In this document: positions 18,409 to 26,416 of the stretch, one piece after another
Layout: each line of letters starts with the position of its first letter
Numbering within the stretch: position 1 is the first letter of the stretch
Assembly: GCA_021151535.1 (NCBI GenBank)
Contig: JAGKXC010000002.1
Location: 7,174 to 71,173 of the forward strand
Source: Sphingobacteriia bacterium
Lineage (GTDB): Bacteria; Bacteroidota; Bacteroidia; NS11-12g; UBA955
Length of the DNA: 64,000 nucleotides
Direction of reading: 5' to 3'
Position numbers and translations under genes: made by a program
Notes under the pieces: generated by a model
Databases searched by the model: none
Seen by the model: only the letters and a program-made list of their open reading frames with translations
What the model was told of the DNA's origin: nothing

Positions 18409-21147
18409 ATGCATAGAATTGATCAATTGAGACTGTTGTTTTCAATGGCAACTTTGGTGGTTGTTGGGTTTTCTAATGCCCAAGTAACTATCAAGGGTAA
18501 GGCGGTTGATGATGTATCAGGTGAATTGTTGAATCAAGTTTCAATTTCCACTCGTAACCAAACTGTTATTACGGGTAAAGACGGTCAGTTTTCGTTGAAA
18601 GTTCCTATGGGGGAATACCGATTGGTGGCTCAATTGGAGGGTTATGAGGGCGATACGATTTATGTGCAGGCGGATCGTAATATGATCACTGATCTTGTAT
18701 TTAAAATGAATAATTTAAGTACAAGTATGCAGGCGGTTCAGATAACAGCCAGTGTTGCAAAGGATAGGAAAACGCCGATTGCTTATTCCAATATTACGGG
18801 AAAAGATTTACAAGATAGGCTGGGCAGTTCTGATTTGCCGATGCTATTAAACCAGATGCCTGGCGTGTACGCCACTCAACAAGGTGGTGGTGCTGGCGAT
18901 GCTCGTATCAATATTCGTGGTTTTAATCAAAGGAATATTGCGGTGATGATTGATGGCGTTCCGGTGAACGATATGGAAAATGGCTGGGTTTATTGGAGCA
19001 ACTGGTTTGGGTTGGGTGGTGTTACGGCACTTACCCAAGTACAGAGGGGATTGGGTTCTAGTAGAATTGCCAATCCGGCGGTAGGCGGATCGATGAATAT
19101 TATTACCAAAGGTTTAAGTAATAAGCAGAAAATTGACGCGGGAGTTGAGGTAGGAGATTCAAAATATCAGCAATATTCGTTGAGTTATTCTTCTGGAAAG
19201 TTAAAGGGCGATTGGGGATTTTCTTTTGCTTTTACTAAACGCAGTAGTGCCGGATATGTAGATTATCTATATGATGACATGTATGCTTATTTTTTCAAAG
19301 TTGAAAAGCAATTTGGAAAGAAGCACACGTTGGGATTTGCTGGGATGGGTGCACCCCAAAGTCATGGTCAGAGAAGTTACAAAGCGCGTTTAAGCTTATA
19401 TGATGAGAATCTTGCCAGGGAATTGGGAATGGACACATCCATGCCAAGGATGGCGAAAAACATGGGAAGAAAGTACAACCAGCATTGGGGCGCGATTCAG
19501 GAATATGATATTAATGATGCTGGTGATACAACTTGGGGTAGAAAATATATTCAGAATGAAAGAGAGAACATGTTTCACAAGCCGCAGTTTTATGTAAAGC
19601 ACGATTGGAAGCCCAATAAGAAGTTGTTGGTAACAACATCGACCTATGCGTCTTATGGAAGGGGGGGTGGAACCTCAGCAGCCTCTGGGAAAATCGCCCA
19701 AATTCCTCAAAATTATGGTACGTTTGATTTTCAATCGGCGTATGATAATAATAAATATGGCGATGGTTTTTTTTATGATCCAATTGATCCTAAATATTCA
19801 TTAACTGAGAAAAAATCGGCGGCTATTATACAACGCGGTGTGAATAATCACAATTGGTATGGTATTTTGAGTACATGGCAGTATAAGTTAAGCAAGGAAT
19901 GGCAATTAACGGGTGGAATTGATGCTCGATCCTATCGGGGTCAACATTGGAGAGAAGTTTATAATTTGTTGGGTGGAGATTATTTTATTCCGCAAACCAG
20001 TGATTTGAATCCGAAATTGGCCAAAGATCATATGTACCGGAAGGGTGATATTTTTTATTACCATAATGATGGACTGGTAAGATGGGGCGGATTATTTGGT
20101 GAAGCGGAGTATTCAAAGGGAAGAATGAGTGCTTTTGTGAATGTGAGTGGTTCAAGGAGCAGTTATCAGCGTATTGATTATTTTAAATTGGATTCTTTGG
20201 GAAATGCGAAGAAAACAGATTGGGTGAATTTGGGTGGAGGAACATTGAAAACAGGTTTGAATTATAATGTTTCACGCAAGTTTAATGCCTTTACGAATTT
20301 GGGATATTTGAATAGACCAGCGCGTTTTAGCAATATTTTTGATAATTCTAATAAGCGTGTTAAGGGGGTTGAAAATGAGCAGGTATATGCCATTGAAGGC
20401 GGATTGGGTTATAAAACCAAACGTTTGGTGTTGAGTTTGAATGCTTATTACACATTGTGGGATAATAAACCGGTGGATTACCTAACCACATTTACAGACT
20501 TAGATGGAAATAATTATTCATTTAATATTAATGGATTGGCGGCTAGGCATAAGGGCTTGGAATTGCAATACACTTTAAGGCCTGGCGATGGAATTACCAT
20601 TGAGGGAGGGTTAGCTTTGGGTGATTGGGTTTGGAAATCTGGGAGTAAGGCCATTGTTAGAAATGATGCTGGAGATTCTATAGGTGCGGTAGATTTTGAT
20701 GCCAACGGGGTGCATGTTGGCGATGCAGCACAGAATCAGGTTAGTATGATGTTTCGATGGGAACCTACCTATTTAAAAGGGGGTTATTTTACTTTTCAAT
20801 ATTTATATTTTGGAAAACATTTTGCGGATTTTGATCCAACCGTTTTAGTAGGTAGCTATAGAGGAAAAGAATCATTTCAATTGCCAAATTATTGGGTAAT
20901 TAATTTAAGTGCTGGATATCGGGCGACGTTAAAAAATGGATTGCGATTACAGATTTATGGTATGATCAATAATGTTACCGATAATTTGTACATATCCGAT
21001 GCACAACATAGAAGTTTGAGTTATAATTTGAATGTAAGTGCTGCGGAAGCCGAGGCAAACGCAAAATATACTTTTGATCCTAAGAATTTGGAAGTATTTG
21101 TATCGCCCGGATTAAGATTTACAACTGGAATTAGAATAGGAATTTAA
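18409..21147 (+). CDS. TonB-dependent outer-membrane receptor (CarbopepD_reg + plug + barrel)
   Basis: Signal peptide, a CarbopepD-like domain (VTIKGKAVDDVSGELL), plug motifs (NITGKDLQDR, GAGDARINIRGF, IDGVPVND) and a 912-aa barrel. Confidence 0.85.
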   Translation: MHRIDQLRLLFSMATLVVVGFSNAQVTIKGKAVDDVSGELLNQVSISTRNQTVITGKDGQFSLKVPMGEYRLVAQLEGYEGDTIYVQADRNMITDLVFKMNNLSTSMQAVQITASVAKDRKTPIAYSNITGKDLQDRLGSSDLPMLLNQMPGVYATQQGGGAGDARINIRGFNQRNIAVMIDGVPVNDMENGWVYWSNWFGLGGVTALTQVQRGLGSSRIANPAVGGSMNIITKGLSNKQKIDAGVEVGDSKYQQYSLSYSSGKLKGDWGFSFAFTKRSSAGYVDYLYDDMYAYFFKVEKQFGKKHTLGFAGMGAPQSHGQRSYKARLSLYDENLARELGMDTSMPRMAKNMGRKYNQHWGAIQEYDINDAGDTTWGRKYIQNERENMFHKPQFYVKHDWKPNKKLLVTTSTYASYGRGGGTSAASGKIAQIPQNYGTFDFQSAYDNNKYGDGFFYDPIDPKYSLTEKKSAAIIQRGVNNHNWYGILSTWQYKLSKEWQLTGGIDARSYRGQHWREVYNLLGGDYFIPQTSDLNPKLAKDHMYRKGDIFYYHNDGLVRWGGLFGEAEYSKGRMSAFVNVSGSRSSYQRIDYFKLDSLGNAKKTDWVNLGGGTLKTGLNYNVSRKFNAFTNLGYLNRPARFSNIFDNSNKRVKGVENEQVYAIEGGLGYKTKRLVLSLNAYYTLWDNKPVDYLTTFTDLDGNNYSFNINGLAARHKGLELQYTLRPGDGITIEGGLALGDWVWKSGSKAIVRNDAGDSIGAVDFDANGVHVGDAAQNQVSMMFRWEPTYLKGGYFTFQYLYFGKHFADFDPTVLVGSYRGKESFQLPNYWVINLSAGYRATLKNGLRLQIYGMINNVTDNLYISDAQHRSLSYNLNVSAAEAEANAKYTFDPKNLEVFVSPGLRFTTGIRIGI

Positions 21148-21149
21148 AA

Positions 21150-23381
21150 ATGAAAATGAAACATTATATCGCGGTATTGGCTTCTGTTTTTGCAGCCATG
21201 CCATTGTTCTCACAAGCATCGTTGCCTGCTTTTTGGAATTGTAATGATCCCGCGGCTGCTCCAACGGGTTGGACTTTAAATCAAGGAACATCGGGGAATT
21301 TTGTTTACACTTCAGCTGCTTTGATTAAGAGCGCTCCTGCATCCATTCGTTTAGACAATTCGAATGAATATGTTCAAGTGAATTACTCAGGTACTGCAGA
21401 TACCGTTTACTATTATATTACAGGTACGGGTGCAAGTGGTGCAAAAAGTTGGTCTGGTACTTTTGTTGTTCAGGAAAGTGCAGATGGCAGTGCTTGGAAT
21501 GATGTGGTAACTTATAACAATGATTTGGGCTTAACCATGATTCAGCGGTTTGCAGTTTTGAAGCCTGCTACAAAATATGTTAAGTTCTTCTTTAAATCTA
21601 AAATTTCTGGTTATAACGTTGCAATTGACGATATTACCGTAAGTGACGGAATAGGTGGTTCAAAGCCAGAATTGGTGGTTGAATATGCCGGTAAAACCCA
21701 ATTGGACGGTGGTAATATTCAAACAGGTAATGCAGATAATTTTTTGATTACCCTGAAGAATAATAGTTCATCTGGCGATTTAGTTGTTTCAAGTTTGAGT
21801 AAAACAGGTTTAAATGCTAATGATTTTACGACTTTACAAACATTTCCTTTTACTATAACGGCGGGTAGTTCTAAGGACGTTCAGATTGATGTGAATACAG
21901 CAATTTTGAGTGGTTCTTTGAAAGCTACATTGCAGTTTTATACCAATGACAGCACGCAATTGCCGTTTGATTTGGATGTATATGCTATTCGTGGTAGTGC
22001 GGCCACAGAGCCTATTTCAAAGGCTTCCAAAATTGTGTTGAAATCAAATTTGGCTTGGAAGAGTGTGGTTACTTTAAATAATGGCACTGAAACGGTAGAT
22101 GGATATTTGATTTTAGTTACTAAGGATGCCGCTGGTACTGATTTGCCGATTGATGGTGTTCAGTATGAAAGAGGCGGATACATTGGCTCCTCAAGGGTGC
22201 TTTATGTTGGAAATGCTGGCGATGTTACTTATGATAATATCATTGCGAATACCCATTATTTTACTCGTGTTTTCAGTTTCAATGGTTACGGCAACTTTAT
22301 TAACTATTATACCGGTGCTAGTACCAATTTGGATTACACAACTCCAGGTTTGGATGCTGGCTCGTATTATGGTTCATTAACTGAGGCTGATACCCAATTG
22401 GTAAGCAAGTTGCGCTCAATAGTTAGACCGCACTATCAGGTGTTTTATTCAAATTACGGTGCAACCATTGCAAGTAATTTTGAGGCAAGAGATACTACAG
22501 AAGGTAAAAAAGTAATAAATTGTTTTTATAGTGGTTATCCATACGTGTTTACACCTCCGTTTTTCTTTAATACTGCAGATCCGAACTATTTGAGCAGAGA
22601 ACATTCTTATCCATATTCTTGGATGCCTGAAAGTAGCCAGGATAGTGCAAACTACAGTGATTTACATATTTTGTATTTAGTGCATCAGAATGAGGTGAAT
22701 TCTCGCAGAAGTAATTATCCCTATGGCGATTTAAAAACAGTTACTGTTGATTTTTATGGAGGCAAGTTTGGTACAGATAGTATGGGTGAATTTGCCTATG
22801 AGCCGAGAGATTTTGCTAAGGGTACGGTTGCTCGTTCTCAATTTTACATTTGTGCAACTTACAATCGCCCAGACAAAGTATTTACCATTCCTACATCAAA
22901 TGATTTCTTGGGTATGAATCAAGATCAAGCAGTTTTGAAGCGTTGGAATAAGAAATTCCCGCCAACAAATTGGGAAATTGCTAGAAGTGAATATATCTCA
23001 ACTGTTCAGAAAAATAGAAATCCATTTGTGGATCATCCTGATTGGGCTTGTTTTATTGATTTTAGTAAAATGGTATATATCCCAGGAGGCAGTTGCGGAA
23101 GTGGGCCTGTAGATGCTGTAAATACTCCTAAGAAATCCATAGTTAATATTAATGCTTATCCAAGTCCTGCAGTTGGTCAAATGACAGTTGATTTAAGTGC
23201 ATTCAAAGGAGAAAAAGTAACGGTTAGTTTAACTGATTATTTTGAAAGAACGGTATATGTAAAGGAGGTTAATGGTAGTGAATCTTTGGTAATTCCTACT
23301 GGTAATTATGCTTCTGGAACCTATTTGTTATTAGTAGAAGGTGCTCAAAAACATGCAGCAAAAGCTGTAGTTGTTGATTAA
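21150..23381 (+). CDS. extracellular endonuclease I (EndA/NucM family) with N-terminal accessory domains and T9SS C-terminal sorting domain
   Basis: Endonuclease-I catalytic blocks EHSYPYSW and DLHILYLVHQNEVNSRRSNYPYG, matching recalled EHxxP.SW and DLHNL.P..G.VN..RSN. Signal peptide plus a T9SS CTD (INAYPSPAVGQMTVDLS...GTYLLLVEGAQKHAAKAVVVD). Confidence 0.8.
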   Translation: MKMKHYIAVLASVFAAMPLFSQASLPAFWNCNDPAAAPTGWTLNQGTSGNFVYTSAALIKSAPASIRLDNSNEYVQVNYSGTADTVYYYITGTGASGAKSWSGTFVVQESADGSAWNDVVTYNNDLGLTMIQRFAVLKPATKYVKFFFKSKISGYNVAIDDITVSDGIGGSKPELVVEYAGKTQLDGGNIQTGNADNFLITLKNNSSSGDLVVSSLSKTGLNANDFTTLQTFPFTITAGSSKDVQIDVNTAILSGSLKATLQFYTNDSTQLPFDLDVYAIRGSAATEPISKASKIVLKSNLAWKSVVTLNNGTETVDGYLILVTKDAAGTDLPIDGVQYERGGYIGSSRVLYVGNAGDVTYDNIIANTHYFTRVFSFNGYGNFINYYTGASTNLDYTTPGLDAGSYYGSLTEADTQLVSKLRSIVRPHYQVFYSNYGATIASNFEARDTTEGKKVINCFYSGYPYVFTPPFFFNTADPNYLSREHSYPYSWMPESSQDSANYSDLHILYLVHQNEVNSRRSNYPYGDLKTVTVDFYGGKFGTDSMGEFAYEPRDFAKGTVARSQFYICATYNRPDKVFTIPTSNDFLGMNQDQAVLKRWNKKFPPTNWEIARSEYISTVQKNRNPFVDHPDWACFIDFSKMVYIPGGSCGSGPVDAVNTPKKSIVNINAYPSPAVGQMTVDLSAFKGEKVTVSLTDYFERTVYVKEVNGSESLVIPTGNYASGTYLLLVEGAQKHAAKAVVVD

Positions 23382-23390
23382 TTTGCTGCC

Positions 23391-24251
23391 ATGAAATTGG
23401 ATTTTAGAAGCGATGAAATTCGCGGTTTAATTCAACGTTGTTTGGCAGAGGATATTGGCCCAGGCGATTTTTCTAGTTTGGCATCTATACCACAAGGAAC
23501 TTTGGGTAAGAGTAAGCTTATTTTAAAGCAAAATGGTGTTGTTGCTGGATTGGAATTAGCCGAAGTGATATTTGATGAATTAGGTGGCGGTATCAGATGG
23601 AAATGGTTTGCGAAAGATGGTGATTTCCTTACAGCGGGAACCATTTTGGCGGAGGCAGAAGGAAGTGTGCATACTTTGCTAGCAGGTGAGCGCTTGATGT
23701 TGAATTTCATGCAACGATTGAGTGGCGTAGCTACACAGGCTAAGCAAGCGTCTGATTTAGTTGTTGGAACGAAGGCGAAGGTATTAGATACGAGAAAAAC
23801 AACTCCTGGTTTGAGATTGTTAGAAAAGTGGGCTGTGGCTATAGGTGGTGGTAATAACCATAGAATTGGTTTGTATGATATGGTGATGCTGAAGGATAAC
23901 CACAATGATTCTGCTGGTGGAATTACTGCAGCCGTTGAGCGTACAAAAAGTTATTTGTTGCGGCATAATCTTACCCTAGATATTGAAGTGGAGACTCGAA
24001 ATATGGAAGAGGTGAGGGAAGTACTCAGATTGACAGGAGTTAGGCGCTTGATGTTGGATAATTTTACACCTGATGCCTGTGCTGTTGCTGTGCAGGAAAT
24101 TGCCGGACGTGTGGAAGTTGAAGCTTCTGGTGGAATTACTTTAAGTAACATTCGTGACTATGCCGAATCTGGTGTAGATTATATATCTTTGGGTAGTTTA
24201 ACACATACAGTTCAGTCGTTAGACATCAGTTTTAAAACCAAAATCAATTAA
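23391..24251 (+). CDS. nadC: nicotinate-nucleotide pyrophosphorylase [carboxylating] (quinolinate phosphoribosyltransferase)
   Basis: 286 aa with LLAGERLMLNFMQRLSGVAT, DTRKTTPGLR and GGGNNHRIGLYD, typical NadC. Confidence 0.85.
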   Translation: MKLDFRSDEIRGLIQRCLAEDIGPGDFSSLASIPQGTLGKSKLILKQNGVVAGLELAEVIFDELGGGIRWKWFAKDGDFLTAGTILAEAEGSVHTLLAGERLMLNFMQRLSGVATQAKQASDLVVGTKAKVLDTRKTTPGLRLLEKWAVAIGGGNNHRIGLYDMVMLKDNHNDSAGGITAAVERTKSYLLRHNLTLDIEVETRNMEEVREVLRLTGVRRLMLDNFTPDACAVAVQEIAGRVEVEASGGITLSNIRDYAESGVDYISLGSLTHTVQSLDISFKTKIN

Positions 24252-24839
24252 ATGAAAAAGAATTTTTTTTCAGGGATCATCAAAGTTTGGGTGTTTTCCT
24301 TGTCTGTTACGATTGTAATTGCTGCTTGTGGAACCAAAAATAAAAGTGGAGATAATAAGTTGGACGAGAACTCAACAACTGTTCTTGGAACAGATACTCC
24401 CGTGAGTGAGGCTAGTATGGTTACAGAGGCATCTGCTTTGAGTACGGAATTAAAGTGGTATGATTTTGAGGAGGGAATGGAAAAAGCCCAAAAGGAGAAT
24501 AAGGCGCTTTTGATAGATGCTTATACAGACTGGTGCGGTTGGTGCAAAGTGATGGATAAGGAAACTTATAAGGATGCGAAGGTGATTGCTAAGTTGAATG
24601 AGAATTTTGTTGCAGTTAAATTCAATCCTGAATTAGATAAGAAATACAATGTAGACGGAACCGTTAAGAATGGCGAGGGTTTGTTATTGTGGTTAGCGCA
24701 AGGGAATCCCGGTGGTTTTCCTACCAGTTATTTTGTTTTTAATCCTTCAAAAAATATGCAAAGGGCGATGCAACCTGGCTATTTGCCTCCATCTGATTTT
24801 TTGAAATTATTGGATATGGTATTGGCCAAGAAAGGCTAA
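24252..24839 (+). CDS. thioredoxin-fold lipoprotein (DUF255/thioredoxin-like family)
   Basis: Lipoprotein signal (IAAC) and a YTDWCGWCKVMD thioredoxin-like CxxC motif. Confidence 0.6.
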   Translation: MKKNFFSGIIKVWVFSLSVTIVIAACGTKNKSGDNKLDENSTTVLGTDTPVSEASMVTEASALSTELKWYDFEEGMEKAQKENKALLIDAYTDWCGWCKVMDKETYKDAKVIAKLNENFVAVKFNPELDKKYNVDGTVKNGEGLLLWLAQGNPGGFPTSYFVFNPSKNMQRAMQPGYLPPSDFLKLLDMVLAKKG

Positions 24840-24940
24840 TTTCAACTTTCCAATTTTATTACTGTTTTTTAGGCGAATTTTGCACTTAGCATGATAGAGC
24901 TCAGCTTTAGTTGAGTTAGGTGCGATATGATTGAATTTCC

Positions 24941-26344
24941 ATGGGACGAAGACCAAAAGTTAAATTTAAAATTTACGAGCAGGTTACGATTGAATCTGCA
25001 GGAGCTGAAGGCAATGCTGTTGCACGCGTAGACGGCAAAGTAATGTTTGTTAAATACGGAGCACCAGGCGATGTAGTAGATCTGCAGGTAATTCAAAAAA
25101 AGAAGAATTACATGGAGGGAAGGATCATCAAGTTTCATGAACAATCACCGATGCGAATTCAACCAACATGTTCTCATTTTGGTGTTTGTGGTGGATGCAA
25201 ATGGCAACATCTGCCCTATTCCGAACAATTAAAAATTAAGCAACAGCAAGTAATCGATGCTATGCAGCGTATCGGTAAACTTAAGGATTTTGAAGTATTA
25301 CCTATTTTGGGAAGTACCCAAGAATATGGCTATAGAAATAAACTGGATTTGAGTTTTTCTAATCGTGCTTGGACTTTATTGCCGCCGCAGGAAGGAGAAG
25401 AAAGGCCCAAAGCACTCGGATTTCACGTTCCAGGCAGATTTGATCGCGTTTTAGATGTAAATGCATGTTACTTGATGCCAGATTTGGTTAATCGCTTACA
25501 TCGCTCGGTAAAGGCTTATTGTGAAGCAAATGGACTGAGCTTTTTTGATCCAGTTACCCAAGAGGGTTTGATGCGAAACTTGTTAGTTAGATGCAATCGC
25601 GATGGGGGTTGGATGGTTTTATTATCTTTCAAAGAACGAGATGAGACTGCAATTCAAGGGTTAATGAGCCATGTAAAGGCTGAATTTCCGGAAATTGTTT
25701 CCTTGTTATTTGTGGTCAATAGCAAACGCAACGATACTTTACAAGATTTGGAAGTGGAGTGTTTTTCAGGTGAAGCATTTTTGACTGAGCGCCTCGGGAA
25801 TCTTACTTATAAAATTAGACCACAGAGCTTCTTTCAAACCAATACATTACAGGCTGAAATTCTATATCAAATTACCAAAGATTTTGCTGGATTAACCGGC
25901 AAAGAATTGGTGTACGATTTATATACTGGCACAGGAAGTATCGCCCTTTTTGTAGCTGACGGTGCTAAGGAAGTTGTGGGAATAGAATATGTGGAAGAAG
26001 CCATCGCCGATGCAAAGGAAAACATGCAAATGAATGGAATTTCGCATTGTAAATTCTATGCTGGCGATATGAAGGATATTTTAACCGGCGATTTTATTTT
26101 GGAACATGGGAGGCCAGACGTTGTAATTACTGATCCTCCAAGAGATGGCATGCATCCGAGTGTAGTTGCAAGGTTGTTGGAGGCAGAGCCTCTGAAAATA
26201 GTTTATGTGAGTTGTAATCCTGCAACACAAGCCAGAGATGCTGCTTTGTTGGCGGAGAAATATGATTTGGTGAAAATTCAACCGGTTGATATGTTCCCTC
26301 ATACACATCACGTAGAGAACGTGGGTTTGTGGAAATTAAGGTAG
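24941..26344 (+). CDS. rlmD: 23S rRNA (uracil-5-)-methyltransferase RlmD/RumA (TRAM + Fe-S + SAM MTase)
   Basis: TRAM domain, Fe-S cysteines (CSHFGVCGGCKWQH), and SAM-MTase motifs DLYTGTGSIA and DPPRDG. Confidence 0.85.
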   Translation: MGRRPKVKFKIYEQVTIESAGAEGNAVARVDGKVMFVKYGAPGDVVDLQVIQKKKNYMEGRIIKFHEQSPMRIQPTCSHFGVCGGCKWQHLPYSEQLKIKQQQVIDAMQRIGKLKDFEVLPILGSTQEYGYRNKLDLSFSNRAWTLLPPQEGEERPKALGFHVPGRFDRVLDVNACYLMPDLVNRLHRSVKAYCEANGLSFFDPVTQEGLMRNLLVRCNRDGGWMVLLSFKERDETAIQGLMSHVKAEFPEIVSLLFVVNSKRNDTLQDLEVECFSGEAFLTERLGNLTYKIRPQSFFQTNTLQAEILYQITKDFAGLTGKELVYDLYTGTGSIALFVADGAKEVVGIEYVEEAIADAKENMQMNGISHCKFYAGDMKDILTGDFILEHGRPDVVITDPPRDGMHPSVVARLLEAEPLKIVYVSCNPATQARDAALLAEKYDLVKIQPVDMFPHTHHVENVGLWKLR

Positions 26345-26357
26345 TAGGTTGTTATAA

Positions 26358-26402
26358 AATAAAAAATCCTGCTATACTCTTGGACTATAGCAGGATTTTT
26401 TA
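26358..26402. terminator. bidirectional rho-independent terminator between convergent rlmD and sucA
   Basis: aaaaaATCCTGCTATActcttggacTATAGCAGGATttttt: an 11-bp perfect stem with an A-tract upstream and a T-tract downstream. Confidence 0.8.
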
Positions 26403-26416
26403 TGAGAGGCGTTTTG

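Noticed and set aside
24869-25144. 91-aa minus-strand ORF overlapping the rlmD 5' end
   Set aside because: Antisense to a well-supported gene, low-complexity and without conserved features. Likely spurious.
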